The position numbers and the translations under genes were made by a program. A DNA stretch of 62,873 bases from Bacteroidota bacterium. Its GTDB lineage: Bacteria > Bacteroidota > Bacteroidia > Bacteroidales > Porphyromonadaceae. Below the pieces are notes generated by a model that did no database searches, was not told the origin of the DNA, and saw nothing but the letters and a program-made list of their open reading frames with translations. The stretch covers positions 1 through 62,873 of the forward strand of contig JAEWGA010000036.1 of NCBI GenBank assembly GCA_023388555.1, written 5' to 3'. Below are positions 27,624-38,816 of this stretch, piece after piece (the stretch's first letter is position 1; every line of letters starts with the position of its first letter).

Positions 27624-30600
27624 TTAATATTCTTGCCAGCTACGAATTTGGATATCCTCTATTCCAAGTTTGCAGAAGGCCGAGATAAATGCTGCAGCCA
27701 ACCGAGCATTGGTAATAAGTGGAATATTTAGGTCGATAGCTGCACGCCGGAGTTTGTACCCATTAGTTAGTTCTCCGGCCGAGAGGTTCTTGTTTATGTT
27801 CACCACCAAATCTATCTTTTTCTCGTGAAGTAAATCCAACGCCTGAGGGGTTCCACTTTCACTTGGCCAGTAGACGAGGGTGGAAGGAATGCCATTTTCC
27901 TGTAGGAAGTTGTGCGTTCCTTTTGTTGCATAAATAAGATATCCTTTTTTGTGGAGCGTGATGGCCGACTCTAAGAGTTGTACCTTCTGTTTTGCGCCTC
28001 CTGTGGACATTAACACTGTTTTCTGGGGAATCTTATAACCTACCGATAGCATAGCTTTGAGTATTGCTTCATGAGTATCGGAGGCTATACAGCCCACCTC
28101 TCCAGTGGAGGTCATATCAACACCTAACACGGGGTCTGCCTTTTGTAGACGAGAGAAAGAGAACTGAGAGGCTTTTATGCCAACATAATCTAAGTCGAAG
28201 GCATTTTTTGAAGGCTTCTCATAAGGGAGGCCTAACATAATCTTTGTAGCAATGTCTATCAAATTTATTTTTAGCACTTTGCTAACAAAGGGGAAGCTCC
28301 GAGAAGAGCGCAAATTACATTCTATAACCTTAATATCGTTTCCTTTGGCCAAGAACTGGATATTAAAAGGCCCAGATATATGAAGTTCTTTTGCTATAGT
28401 TCGGGTGATACGCTTTATTCTTCGTATGGTTTCTATATACAGTTTTTGGGCGGGAAATTGTATAGTGGCATCACCAGAGTGGACACCTGCATATTCAATA
28501 TGCTCACTTATCGCATAAATAACAAGTTCTCCGTTATCGGCCACCGCATCTATTTCTATCTCTTTGGCATCTTCTATAAAGTCCGATATAACTACCGGGT
28601 GCTTTTGCGAAACGTTGGCCGCTAATGCTAAGAACCGCTCTAACTCTTCGTTATTAGAGCATACATTCATGGCTGCCCCCGATAGCACATACGAAGGGCG
28701 AACCAAAACGGGGTATCCTATTTCTTGTGCAAAAGTCTGGACTTCATCAAGTGTAGATAGCTCTTTCCAAGCGGGTTGGTCTATACCCAAACGGTCCATA
28801 AGGGCCGAGAACTTATGCCTATCTTCTGCATTATCTATATCCTTAGCCTGTGTTCCTAATATCTTAAATCCCTTTTTATCGAGTTTAATAGCTAAGTTGT
28901 TTGGTATCTGTCCTCCAGTGGATAGAATAGTTCCGTATGGGTCTTCTAACTCCAAAATATCTTGTACTCTTTCAAACGAGAGTTCGTCGAAATATAACCG
29001 GTCGGATAAGTCGTAGTCGGTACTTACTGTTTCTGGGTTATAGTTTATCATTACGGACCTATATCCAGCTTTCCGAATGGTTTGAAGCGCACTAACCCCA
29101 CACCAGTCAAACTCCACCGAGCTACCTATCCGGTAAGCGCCAGAGCCTAAAACCACTACACTTTTTTTATCTTGCAGAAACTCTATATCATGTTCCTCGC
29201 CGCCGTACGTCAGGTAAAGGTAATTTGTTTTGGCAGGGTACTCTGCACCAAGTGTATCTATTTGTTTTACAACAGGAGTTATACCATTTCTTTTACGAAG
29301 TTGGCGTATATCGTCCTGTTTACTTTCAAGGTCATCCACAGAATACTTGTATATGGCACGCGCTATCTGATAGTCCGAAAAACCTTGCCTTTTAGCCTTT
29401 TGCAGCAGTTCGGGTTGGAGCTGAGAAATGTCGGATAATGCCTCCAACTCTTCTGCTGTATCTATGATGTTCCTAAATACTTGCAGGAAGTACCTGTCAA
29501 TTTTTGTCAGCTGATATATTTGTTCAACAGTATACCCTTTTCGGAAGGCTTTGCTAATTACAAATATTCGGGTATCGGTAGGTTGGCGCAGAGCTGTATC
29601 TATATCATCAATCACAAGCTCTTTATTTTCTACAAAGCCATGCATACCTTGCCCTATCATGCGTAATCCTTTTTGGAGGGTTTCTTCTAAAGTCCTACCA
29701 ATGGACATAATTTCACCTACGGACTTCATGCTGCTGCCAATTTCCCGCGAAACACCATGGAATTTACTCAGGTCCCAACGGGGAATTTTACACACTACGT
29801 AATCCACTACAGGCTCAAAGAAGGCGGTAGTTGTTGTAGTTACAGAGTTCTTCAGCTCTGCCAAGGTATAGCCTAACCCTATTTTTGCGGCAACAAAAGC
29901 TAACGGGTATCCGGTGGCTTTAGAAGCAAGTGCAGAGGAGCGGCTTAGGCGGGCATTTACCTCTATCACACGGTAATCGCGCGATTCGGTATCCAATGCG
30001 TACTGTATGTTACACTCTCCAACAATCCCCAAGTGGCGTACTATTTTTATAGCTATTTCGCGCAACATGTGAACCTCAAAGTCGGTAAGGGTTTGGCAAG
30101 GTGCTATTACAATACTTTCCCCAGTATGTATTCCCAAGGGGTCCAGGTTTTCCATATTACATACTGTAATACAGTTATCGGCACCGTCTCGGACCACTTC
30201 AAACTCAATTTCCTTCCAACCCTTTAGGCTCTTCTCTACAAGCACCTGAGGAGAGAAGGCAAAGGATTTTTCACAAAGGCGGTCCAGCTCTTCTTCGTTA
30301 TCGCAAAAACCGCTACCTAAACCGCCCAAGGCATAGGCCGCCCGTATGATAACAGGATACCCAAGAGCTTTGGCTGCTGCTCGTGCCGACTCTATGCTGG
30401 TACAAGCTTGGCTTTGAATGGTTTTAACCTCTATTTCATCCAGTTTCTGTACAAAAAGGTCTCGGTCCTCGGTATCCATAATGGCTTGTACTGGAGTTCC
30501 CAAGACCTCTACACCATATTTATCCAGCACTCCGGTTTTGTACATTTCCACACCGCAGTTCAGGGCTGTTTGGCCTCCAAAAGAAAGTAAGATGCCATCG

Positions 30601-30845
30601 GGGCGCTCTTTCTCTATTACCTTCTCTAAAAAGTAGGGGGTAACAGGCAGGAAATACACTTTATCCGCAACCCCTTCCGAGGTTTGTACGGTTGCAATGT
30701 TAGGGTTTACTAAAACGGTATAAACGCCCTCTTCTTTTAGTGCCTTTAAAGCCTGAGAACCAGAATAGTCAAACTCTCCTGCTTCACCTATTTTGAGTGC
30801 ACCAGATCCAATGATAAGGACCTTCTTATAATTCTTCTTAATCAT
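27624..30845 (-). CDS. carB: Carbamoyl-phosphate synthase large subunit
   Basis: IGEAGEFDYSGSQA, duplicated ATP-grasp halves, C-terminal MGS domain. Confidence 0.97.
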   Translation of the reverse strand: MIKKNYKKVLIIGSGALKIGEAGEFDYSGSQALKALKEEGVYTVLVNPNIATVQTSEGVADKVYFLPVTPYFLEKVIEKERPDGILLSFGGQTALNCGVEMYKTGVLDKYGVEVLGTPVQAIMDTEDRDLFVQKLDEIEVKTIQSQACTSIESARAAAKALGYPVIIRAAYALGGLGSGFCDNEEELDRLCEKSFAFSPQVLVEKSLKGWKEIEFEVVRDGADNCITVCNMENLDPLGIHTGESIVIAPCQTLTDFEVHMLREIAIKIVRHLGIVGECNIQYALDTESRDYRVIEVNARLSRSSALASKATGYPLAFVAAKIGLGYTLAELKNSVTTTTTAFFEPVVDYVVCKIPRWDLSKFHGVSREIGSSMKSVGEIMSIGRTLEETLQKGLRMIGQGMHGFVENKELVIDDIDTALRQPTDTRIFVISKAFRKGYTVEQIYQLTKIDRYFLQVFRNIIDTAEELEALSDISQLQPELLQKAKRQGFSDYQIARAIYKYSVDDLESKQDDIRQLRKRNGITPVVKQIDTLGAEYPAKTNYLYLTYGGEEHDIEFLQDKKSVVVLGSGAYRIGSSVEFDWCGVSALQTIRKAGYRSVMINYNPETVSTDYDLSDRLYFDELSFERVQDILELEDPYGTILSTGGQIPNNLAIKLDKKGFKILGTQAKDIDNAEDRHKFSALMDRLGIDQPAWKELSTLDEVQTFAQEIGYPVLVRPSYVLSGAAMNVCSNNEELERFLALAANVSQKHPVVISDFIEDAKEIEIDAVADNGELVIYAISEHIEYAGVHSGDATIQFPAQKLYIETIRRIKRITRTIAKELHISGPFNIQFLAKGNDIKVIECNLRSSRSFPFVSKVLKINLIDIATKIMLGLPYEKPSKNAFDLDYVGIKASQFSFSRLQKADPVLGVDMTSTGEVGCIASDTHEAILKAMLSVGYKIPQKTVLMSTGGAKQKVQLLESAITLHKKGYLIYATKGTHNFLQENGIPSTLVYWPSESGTPQALDLLHEKKIDLVVNINKNLSAGELTNGYKLRRAAIDLNIPLITNARLAAAFISAFCKLGIEDIQIRSWQEY

Positions 30846-30880
30846 AATTGGTTTGTAAGTTTATCGTGTTAGAAAAGGGG

Positions 30881-31954
30881 TTATTTATTTAGTGCCGAAA
30901 CAAAGTCGGCAAAAATAAATTCGGTATCGGCACATGCGCCACATGCTTCGGGCAAAAACTGAACAGAGAATTGGCGGCCCGACTCGTGAATAAGCCCTTC
31001 ATTACTTCCATCATTCATATTGGAAAAGTAGGTAGCCCATCCTTTGGGTAAGTTGGTATCGTCCACTACAAACGTATGGTTTTGTGTGGTAACCAAACAG
31101 CGGGTACTATTTAGCCTTTTCACGGGATGGTTGTGGGAGTGATGCCCATATCGCATTTTTTTAATAGGTAGCCCGAGTGCTTTAGCCAAGAGCAAATTGC
31201 CCAACCCTATTCCTGCCACGGAAATTCCTTTTTCCAGTGCTTTTCTAATATTCTCTACGGTATTGGTACAGTGATGAGGTGCACCAGGACCATTACTAAT
31301 AAACACGCCGTGGAAGTCCAATTGGAAGAAATCGTAATCCCAAGGCACTCGTTGTATAAAAAGGTCCTTTTCTTGTAAGTGTTGTATTGTATCGTGTGTT
31401 ACACCGCAGTCTACCAAAACTATTTTTTTACCCGTTCCTGGATAGTTGATAACATTAGGGGTCGATACCTCTGCCACTAAATTAATGTCGTCGGGCTGAA
31501 TGAATGGAATATCCTCTTCCCCTTCCGCCACTATCTTCCCTAAGAGGGGGCCTTGGTCTCGAAGTTTCTTGGTTAGTGCACGCGTATCAATTCCAGTCAG
31601 GCCTGTTACACCGTGTCGTTTCATACCTTCGGATAAAGTTTCTATAGCTTCCCAATGGCTATAATTGTCTGTGTAGTCGTACGCTATTAGAGCTTTGGGG
31701 TAGTATTTGCTTTCTTCGGGGTACAAAAAAAGACCCGTATGGGGGTCTTTGGGGGCAGATAATCCGTAACTACCAAGAATAGGATAAGTACAAACTAAAA
31801 TTTGACCGGTAAACGAGGGGTCGGTAAGACACTCCGCGTAACCGGTCATTGCAGTTGTAAAAATAACTTCGCCAGCCGTTGGCTTTTCTGCGCCAAAAAG
31901 ATAACCCTCGTACCTGCTTCCGTCTTGGAGGATTAGAGCTCCTTTCTTTTTCAT
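30881..31954 (-). CDS. carA: Carbamoyl-phosphate synthase small subunit with a degenerate glutaminase active site
   Basis: GEVIFTTAMTGY..LTDPS, GIDTRALT and SNGPG present, but GIGLG replaces GICLG and QFLPE replaces QFHPE. Confidence 0.93.
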   Translation of the reverse strand: MKKKGALILQDGSRYEGYLFGAEKPTAGEVIFTTAMTGYAECLTDPSFTGQILVCTYPILGSYGLSAPKDPHTGLFLYPEESKYYPKALIAYDYTDNYSHWEAIETLSEGMKRHGVTGLTGIDTRALTKKLRDQGPLLGKIVAEGEEDIPFIQPDDINLVAEVSTPNVINYPGTGKKIVLVDCGVTHDTIQHLQEKDLFIQRVPWDYDFFQLDFHGVFISNGPGAPHHCTNTVENIRKALEKGISVAGIGLGNLLLAKALGLPIKKMRYGHHSHNHPVKRLNSTRCLVTTQNHTFVVDDTNLPKGWATYFSNMNDGSNEGLIHESGRQFSVQFLPEACGACADTEFIFADFVSALNK

Positions 31955-31968
31955 AGAGAATGAATTTA

Positions 31969-33864
31969 TTAATTACTGATAGGGGTAAAGTCTTGTTCGT
32001 AATAATCAACAAAGGACTGGTTCACCAAGTGGGTCCCTCCAGGAGTTGGGTAATCGCCAGTAAAATACCAATCCCCCGGATGGTTGGGTATCGCTTCATG
32101 CAAGCCTTCTATACTCAGGTACACTATGGATACCTCTGTGGCGACCTCTTTAGGTTTAAGGAGTTCCACAATTTTTGCGTTCAGCTCCTCAACAGTAAAA
32201 GGCCTATAAATATCTTTTACGTAGTTTGTTGTAAGAATGGAGGAGTGCTCCATATCTTCCCGTATATTTCTATAGGTTTGGTGGATAACGTGCTCCATGC
32301 CACGTTCTTGCAGAAGAGCAATTGCGGCTCGGAAGGCAACAAACTCTTTCATCTTATTCATGTCGATACCATAATAATCGGGGTACCGGACTTGTGGAGA
32401 AGAGGAAACTATCACAATACGGGTAGGACCAAGCCTGTTAAGAATACCTATAATGCTTTCTTTAAGGGTTGTTCCTCGTACTATACTATCGTCAATAACA
32501 ACAAGTTTATCCTTATTGCGCTGAATGCTTCCATAGGTGATATCGTACACGTGGCCTGCAAGGTCCTTCCGGCTATTCCCCTCGGCAATAAAGGTTCGGA
32601 GTTTGATATCCTTGATAGCGACTTTCTCCGATCTCACTTTTTTACCCAAGATGGTAGCTATCTGGTCGGCACCAAGTGCCCCTCCCATTGTTATTTGCTC
32701 GGTTTTCAGCTTATCCAAGTATTCATTTAATCCTTCGAGCATACCAAAGTATGCAACCTCTGCAGTATTAGGAATAAACGAGAATACAGTATGGTCTAAG
32801 TCGTGATCTATCGCCTGAAGTATCTTAGGGACTAATTTCTTGCCTAACTCTTTTCTTTCCCGATAAATATCGATATCGCTTCCTCGGGAGAAATAGATGC
32901 GTTCAAAAGAACATGCTTTGTTCTCTTTGGGCGCTAAAATTTGTTCGAGGCGGATATTTTGCGCTGTTCTGTCTACAAGCAGAGCTTCCCCGCGGTTTAG
33001 CTCCTGTATTTTGTCGTACGTTACGTTCATTACGGTTTGCAGGACAGGCCGCTCCGACGCAACTACGATAATTTCATCATCTATATAATAAAATGCGGGG
33101 CGGATACCCCAAGGGTCCCGCATCACAAACATTTCTCCACTACCGGTTAAGCCACACATAGCATACCCGCCATCCCATGAAGGAGAACACTCTTTAAGAG
33201 GCATGGATACATCTATATGCTTTTCTATATAGTCTGTAACCGCCATCCCTTCAAGGCCTAATTGTGTTTTCCCAGTAACGTATCGGCGCTCCACTTCCCT
33301 GTCTATGCGGTGTCCTATTTGTTCTAATAGCACATGGGTATCGGCCGTACTTCTTGGGTGTTGCCCTATCGAAGTAATTTGGTCGAATATCTCACTTACC
33401 GAGGTAAGGTTGAAATTACCACACAAAGCCAAACTTTTAGCGCGCCAATTGCTACGCCTCATCATCGGGTGTACAAAAGTAACACCTTCTCTACCAGTTG
33501 TACTGTAGCGAAGGTGTCCCATATAGCATTCGCCAGCAAAGGCGATGTGTTTAGCTGCAAAATCCGAGTCGGACAGTTGGTTGGCAGTGAATGTACTAAA
33601 GTAGGTTCGGATAGACTCAAAAACCTGGGTTATAGCAGTGTTCCCTAACGCCCGCTCTCGGTTCATATATTCCTCTCCAGGAGCTGCCTGCAGTTTTACA
33701 CAGGCGATACCAGCTCCCTCCTGACCTCGGTTATGCTGTTTCTCCATGAGGAGATACATTTTGCTAAGACCATAGCGCCAAGTTCCATATCGTTCTTGGT
33801 AGTAGGAAAGCGGTTTACGGAGGCGTACTAAGGCGATGCCACACTCGTGCTTTAGGGGTTCCAT
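31969..33864 (-). CDS. purF: Amidophosphoribosyltransferase
   Basis: MEPLKHECG N-terminus, QHNRGQEGAG, GHLRYST, VIDDSIVRGTT. Confidence 0.95.
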   Translation of the reverse strand: MEPLKHECGIALVRLRKPLSYYQERYGTWRYGLSKMYLLMEKQHNRGQEGAGIACVKLQAAPGEEYMNRERALGNTAITQVFESIRTYFSTFTANQLSDSDFAAKHIAFAGECYMGHLRYSTTGREGVTFVHPMMRRSNWRAKSLALCGNFNLTSVSEIFDQITSIGQHPRSTADTHVLLEQIGHRIDREVERRYVTGKTQLGLEGMAVTDYIEKHIDVSMPLKECSPSWDGGYAMCGLTGSGEMFVMRDPWGIRPAFYYIDDEIIVVASERPVLQTVMNVTYDKIQELNRGEALLVDRTAQNIRLEQILAPKENKACSFERIYFSRGSDIDIYRERKELGKKLVPKILQAIDHDLDHTVFSFIPNTAEVAYFGMLEGLNEYLDKLKTEQITMGGALGADQIATILGKKVRSEKVAIKDIKLRTFIAEGNSRKDLAGHVYDITYGSIQRNKDKLVVIDDSIVRGTTLKESIIGILNRLGPTRIVIVSSSPQVRYPDYYGIDMNKMKEFVAFRAAIALLQERGMEHVIHQTYRNIREDMEHSSILTTNYVKDIYRPFTVEELNAKIVELLKPKEVATEVSIVYLSIEGLHEAIPNHPGDWYFTGDYPTPGGTHLVNQSFVDYYEQDFTPISN

Positions 33865-33901
33865 ATAAATATATTGCCAGGAGTTGAATCTCTTTGCACT
33901 A

Positions 33902-33909
33902 CAAAGATA
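33902..33909 (-). promoter_or_regulatory. Bacteroidota -7 promoter element
   Basis: TATCTTTG upstream of purF. Confidence 0.55.
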
Positions 33910-34290
33910 ACATAAAACGGCTAACAACACCCTTTGTTTATACCCAAAACAGCAGCCCTTCGAGCGGAACTTCCAGAAAACAACACAGCAATTAACTGAA
34001 CTACAACACCATACCCAACTAAAACCTCAAACAAAAAAAGAAAAACTTTTAGCTATTCCCAAGCCATTGCCCTATTCCTTCCCCTACCCCTTAAACAGAG
34101 CAACCAAACCTCCATATTTGGGAATGTCGTTAGGGAGCGTTTTTCAAGATGCTTTAGGGGCAATTTACGGGCACCCTTAGGCGAACTTTTTTTTGACAAA
34201 GGGGGATTTTAACAGGTGTCCCAAGGTGAATGGGGAGGATATTTGAGGCTGGCTTGGAGTGGACTTAAAGGGAAGAGTCCTTTTTAGCAA

Positions 34291-34338
34291 AAAAGATAGG
34301 GTACACACAAACGGGAAGTTCGGTGTACCCTATCTTTT
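34291..34338 (-). terminator. Intrinsic terminator after cysS
   Basis: aaaagatagggtacac / gtgtaccctatctttt 16-bp stem. Confidence 0.85.
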
Positions 34339-34356
34339 AAAAGGATTGCTGCTATT

Positions 34357-35859
34357 TTAATCGGGGAGTTTCCACTCCACACCATCTTTGGTGTCTTTTA
34401 TTTCAAATCCGAGCCTTGTCAGTTCATTGCGAATTTTGTCCGACGTAGCCCAGTCTTTCCTCTCTTTGGCCTCAGCACGTATGTTCAGCAACAAATCTAT
34501 AGCACCCGAAAAGGCCTCCTGGTGCAGTGGGTTTTCAGCATCTCCAGGACGCATCATCCCTAAAATATCAAATAAAAAGAGGTCGTATACTTGTTTGAGT
34601 GCCTTGATATCTTCTTCGGACAAAGAGATTTCCCCAGCTTTAGCAGCGTTAACCCGCTTAGCAGCGTCAAAAAGGTGAGCTATAACAACAGGGCTATTAA
34701 GGTCGTCGTTCATAGCATTATAGCATAACTCCAAGTAGTTTGGCAAGGTTGCGGGACTCTTGGTGCCAGGAATTAAATTTTGTAGGGTAGTATAACTATC
34801 CAGCAATCTTTCCAAGCCTTTTGCCGAAGATTGTAGTGCCTCGTTACCAAAGTCTACGGTGGACCTGTAATGAGCTTGCAACATAAAAAAGCGAATCGTC
34901 ATGGGGCTATATGCTTGCGTAAGCAGTGGGTGCGTTCCATTAAAGAACTCCTCCAAGGTGATAAAGTTGCCCAAGCTTTTCCCCATTTTTTTACCATTAA
35001 CGGTAACCATGTTATTGTGAACCCAATAGCGTACTATTTCGCGGCCTTCCGAAGCCACAGCCTGCGCTATTTCGCATTCATGGTGTGGAAAAATAAGGTC
35101 CATTCCTCCCCCATGAATATCTATGGTATCACCCAAATATTTACGTCCCATAGCGGTACACTCGCAGTGCCATCCTGGAAATCCATTGCTCCAGGGAGCT
35201 GGCCAACGCATTATATGCTCGGGCTTCGCATTTTTCCACAGCGCAAAGTCGGCACTATTCCTTTTTTCCGTTTGCCCATCCAAGTCACGAGTTGCCGATA
35301 ACATTTCATCAACAGACCTACCCGAAAGCACGCCATACCTATGCTGTTTATTGTATGTAGCAATATCGAAATATACCGACCCTTTGCTCTCATAGGCAAA
35401 CCCATTGTGCAGAATGGATTTTACCAATTCTATTTGCTCAATAATATGGCCGCTTGCCAAAGGCTCTATCGAAGGTGGTAAAACATTCAGTTTATCCATA
35501 TCCTTATGGTAGCGCAACAGGTAATGTTGCACTACTTCCATAGGCTCTAACTGTTCCAGTTTGGCTTTCTTGGCTATTTTGTCATCGCCTTCATCGGCGT
35601 CGTGCTCCAAATGCCCTACGTCTGTTATATTACGCACATAACGAACCTTATAACCTATATGCTTAAGGTACCTAAATAGTAAATCGAAGGTTACAGCCGG
35701 ACGAGCATGCCCTAAATGAGCATCGCCATACACAGTAGGACCACATACATATAACCCTACATGTGGGGCGTTATAAGGTTTAAACTGCTCTTTGGTCCGG
35801 GTGCGGGTATTATAAAGGTGAAGGCCTTCTTGGTTTGAGTTATCCTGTTTTTGTGTCAT
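34357..35859 (-). CDS. cysS: Cysteine--tRNA ligase
   Basis: [44 protein letters not shown]. Confidence 0.97.
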   Translation of the reverse strand: MTQKQDNSNQEGLHLYNTRTRTKEQFKPYNAPHVGLYVCGPTVYGDAHLGHARPAVTFDLLFRYLKHIGYKVRYVRNITDVGHLEHDADEGDDKIAKKAKLEQLEPMEVVQHYLLRYHKDMDKLNVLPPSIEPLASGHIIEQIELVKSILHNGFAYESKGSVYFDIATYNKQHRYGVLSGRSVDEMLSATRDLDGQTEKRNSADFALWKNAKPEHIMRWPAPWSNGFPGWHCECTAMGRKYLGDTIDIHGGGMDLIFPHHECEIAQAVASEGREIVRYWVHNNMVTVNGKKMGKSLGNFITLEEFFNGTHPLLTQAYSPMTIRFFMLQAHYRSTVDFGNEALQSSAKGLERLLDSYTTLQNLIPGTKSPATLPNYLELCYNAMNDDLNSPVVIAHLFDAAKRVNAAKAGEISLSEEDIKALKQVYDLFLFDILGMMRPGDAENPLHQEAFSGAIDLLLNIRAEAKERKDWATSDKIRNELTRLGFEIKDTKDGVEWKLPD

Positions 35860-35894
35860 TGTTTTTTTGGAGGAGATAAAGTTTAATCCGTTAA

Positions 35895-36137
35895 TCAAAA
35901 CATATTTATCACAATCGCTTGCTGTGGACCAGTGTTATACGTGAACAGCCGGATGTTGTGCAATTGTGTTTGGTTTATATGCTCATATCGAAAAGTATGC
36001 GGGTAACTGGGTGCAAGACTCCCTTTTGGGGTAACACTTGTCCGAGCTATTGAAACAGGGTATGCCCCACTTGCCATCACTACCGCGTTCGTACTTGTTA
36101 CGGGTACTGGCATACGGTACTGCCTTTTATTATTCAT
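35895..36137 (-). CDS. Possible small hypothetical protein
   Basis: Overlaps the upstream stop (ATGAATAA) and fills the gap to cysS; no recognisable motif. Confidence 0.3.
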   Translation of the reverse strand: MNNKRQYRMPVPVTSTNAVVMASGAYPVSIARTSVTPKGSLAPSYPHTFRYEHINQTQLHNIRLFTYNTGPQQAIVINMF

Positions 36138-37866
36138 TCAAGAGGCAAAATTGGTAAACGGCAATATCAAAAGGCTCTACCTCCAAGCTGTAAGGAGTCC
36201 GAGAGCTTAATAGCGCTACACCGCATTTATTAGTTGTTACGTTTTTAACCTTACACACCGACTCGTCCTTTATCCCCAAAGTAGAGAATGCGTGTTCGGG
36301 CAAGTTAATTTCTTGCCGAAGTGGTTGACTGGAAAAATTCACCCCTACAAGAGCCACCTCGTCACCATTAGCCCTAAGGAAATAATATTCTTTAGTTGTA
36401 TTAACGTGCTGGTTAACATACATAAGGTCGAAGAATCCGCCTTGGCAAAACACAGGGGATAAGGTTGCAATGTTTAAAAGCCTCTGGTACTTTTCTCGTA
36501 ATTGTCTCTCTTCTGCTGTTAACTCACTTCCTGTAAAATCTTTGTTCTTTCCAATCCAACGGTTTAGTACATCCAAGCTCCAATAGTCAAAAATAGAGGT
36601 TCTGCCATCGGTGCCCGAGAATCCTTCGGCATCCATGCCTCGTTCGCCTAACTCCTGGCCGAAATAAGTCATAATAGCACCGCTATCAATTAAGGCACTT
36701 ACAGCCATTGCAGGAAAGGCTTTAATAGGGTTATCGCATACGAAAGAGGATGCCAAGCGTTGTTCATCATGGTTTTCCATGAAGTGTAACAGTTTACCTT
36801 GTAGGTGTTCTGTTTGCTGCCAAACGTGGGTGATATCGGATGCTGGACGCTCGCCTTTAATTATTCTAATGAGCGCATCATACAATCCCACCTTATCGTA
36901 CAGTAGGTCGAAGCCCGCCTCCAAATAAGAAGTATAAAGTTCAGGCTTATAAATTTCCGCAATAAAAAGGAGCTCGGGATTTGCTTGTTTAGCTTTGGAG
37001 ATAAGCTCCTTAAAGAACTCTACCGGGACCATTTCGGCCATATCACACCTAAACCCGTCTACCCCCTTGCTTACCCAAAACAAAACAATGTCTGTCATTT
37101 TTTGCCACGTATCGGGCATAGGCAAGAAGTGTGTTTCTTGGCCTTTGTAAAAGTCCACACCATAATTAAGCTTCACGGTGTCGTACCAGTCGTTACGGTT
37201 AGGGGTTGCAGAGAAGCAGTTGTTCCCTGTTACCCGAGCCGGAAATTCTGTATATGGGGTGTGTACCCCTATAGCATCGTACTCTAAGTGAAGGGTTTCT
37301 TGTGGCAGGTAGTAAAAGTTGTTTTGTGGAGAGAAAAACAGATTTCTGTCATCGTGCTCTCCAAAATCCTCTGCGTATACAGGTTTGGCATCGGAGCGGT
37401 ACTGGCGAGCCACATGGTTAGGAACAAAGTCTATAATCACCTTTAACCCTGCATCGTGTGTACGTTGCACTAAGGCTTCAAACTCTGCCATTCGGGTGGA
37501 GGGGTTGCAACACAACGAGGGGGCAATATCGTAGTAGTCGCGTATACTGTACGGAGAGCCTGCTATCCCTTTTACAATAGTTCCGTGGTCGCTACTGATG
37601 TTATGTTCTGGGAAACTGGTTTGGGTTGCATGCTCTATAACGCCAGTATACCAAATATGGGTACAACCTAATTCTTTAATAGAACGGAGTGCTTGGGCAT
37701 CGAAGCTACTGAGTTTTCCACAACCATTGGTTACATAGGAGCCATTAGGAGCTCTGTTGCTATTAGGGTTGTGAAACAACCGTGGCAACACTTGGTAAAT
37801 AGATATCTTTTTTTGTGGGAACAATGTTGAAAAGTTTTGGGTTCGACAGTACAAAACCAGGAGCAA
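36130..37866 (-). CDS. GH13 alpha-amylase family glycosidase
   Basis: GSPYSIRDYY, IDFVPNHVA, DGFRCDMAE, FIAEIY, FMENHDEQR; start uncertain. Confidence 0.92.
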   Translation of the reverse strand: MLLVLYCRTQNFSTLFPQKKISIYQVLPRLFHNPNSNRAPNGSYVTNGCGKLSSFDAQALRSIKELGCTHIWYTGVIEHATQTSFPEHNISSDHGTIVKGIAGSPYSIRDYYDIAPSLCCNPSTRMAEFEALVQRTHDAGLKVIIDFVPNHVARQYRSDAKPVYAEDFGEHDDRNLFFSPQNNFYYLPQETLHLEYDAIGVHTPYTEFPARVTGNNCFSATPNRNDWYDTVKLNYGVDFYKGQETHFLPMPDTWQKMTDIVLFWVSKGVDGFRCDMAEMVPVEFFKELISKAKQANPELLFIAEIYKPELYTSYLEAGFDLLYDKVGLYDALIRIIKGERPASDITHVWQQTEHLQGKLLHFMENHDEQRLASSFVCDNPIKAFPAMAVSALIDSGAIMTYFGQELGERGMDAEGFSGTDGRTSIFDYWSLDVLNRWIGKNKDFTGSELTAEERQLREKYQRLLNIATLSPVFCQGGFFDLMYVNQHVNTTKEYYFLRANGDEVALVGVNFSSQPLRQEINLPEHAFSTLGIKDESVCKVKNVTTNKCGVALLSSRTPYSLEVEPFDIAVYQFCLLNE

Positions 37867-37923
37867 TAACGTACTAAATACCTGGTTGTTCTAAACAAGA
37901 GCAGTACGGTTTTGCCCCTATCG

Positions 37924-37931
37924 CAAAGATA
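37924..37931 (-). promoter_or_regulatory. Bacteroidota -7 promoter element
   Basis: TATCTTTG upstream of the GH13 gene. Confidence 0.5.
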
Positions 37932-37970
37932 CTATTTTGTACTTTACCCTGGCCTATTTTCCTTAACACA

Positions 37971-38780
37971 TTACTGTAAAGGCGGGTATAGTAGTTCCTC
38001 CAACGCTGTTGGGTAGTTAATTCGGTGTAAAAAAAGCCCGTTGGCTGGTGCTGTCACCGTTGCTAATTGCCTGTTTCGGGCGTTTAGTATTTCCCCGAAA
38101 CGGGTTACTGTCATTTTTTTTCGCCCTACTAAAAGTAATTGTCCAACAATAGCCCTCACCATATTTCTCAGGAATCTGTCTGCCGAAATTTCAAAAACCA
38201 TCTCGTCAGGCTCCTCACCAGGCCTCCATATAGCCCTATGCACGGTGCAGTTATGCGTCCTTACATCGGTGTGAGTTTTACTGAACGTTGTAAAGTCGTG
38301 TAGCCCCAATAGGTGTTGGGCGGCCAAGTTCATTGCATCAAAATCGGGCAAGTACGGGATATACGTTTGCAGGTTATGCCTAAAAGGAGATCGTTGGGCG
38401 GATAAATGGTAGTGGTACGTTCTGCTTACTGCATCGAAGCGGGCGTGAGCTGTTGCGGGCACCTTTACCAGGGAATAAGCAACTATATCCCAAGGCAAAA
38501 CCCTATTTAGTTTATCAACCCAATTTTCCAATTCGCCACAAAGGGGAAGAGCATCAAAATGAATCCACATCTGCTGGGCGTGTACACCAGTGTCTGTTCG
38601 GCCAGCACCGAAAATACGAATAGGCTGACGTGTAATCAAAGCCAATGCTTTCTCCAGCTCGCCCTGCACTGTTCTTCCCTGGTTTTGTATTTGCCACCCC
38701 TGGAAAAAGCTACCACAGTAGGACAAACGCATAAAATAGCGTTGGACAGGAGAATTCAACAGTTCCATTGCTTGGTTCAT
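37971..38780 (-). CDS. truA: tRNA pseudouridine(38-40) synthase
   Basis: GWQIQ, GAGRTDTGVHA, HARFDA, RFLRNMVR. Confidence 0.95.
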   Translation of the reverse strand: MNQAMELLNSPVQRYFMRLSYCGSFFQGWQIQNQGRTVQGELEKALALITRQPIRIFGAGRTDTGVHAQQMWIHFDALPLCGELENWVDKLNRVLPWDIVAYSLVKVPATAHARFDAVSRTYHYHLSAQRSPFRHNLQTYIPYLPDFDAMNLAAQHLLGLHDFTTFSKTHTDVRTHNCTVHRAIWRPGEEPDEMVFEISADRFLRNMVRAIVGQLLLVGRKKMTVTRFGEILNARNRQLATVTAPANGLFLHRINYPTALEELLYPPLQ

Positions 38781-38816
38781 GAACAATAGTATTAAGGCAG
38801 AGTTAGTACAGAGCTA

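Noticed and set aside
33960..34285. C-rich then G-rich intergenic region as an ncRNA
   Set aside because: Only short, scattered complementarity and no recognisable RNA family.
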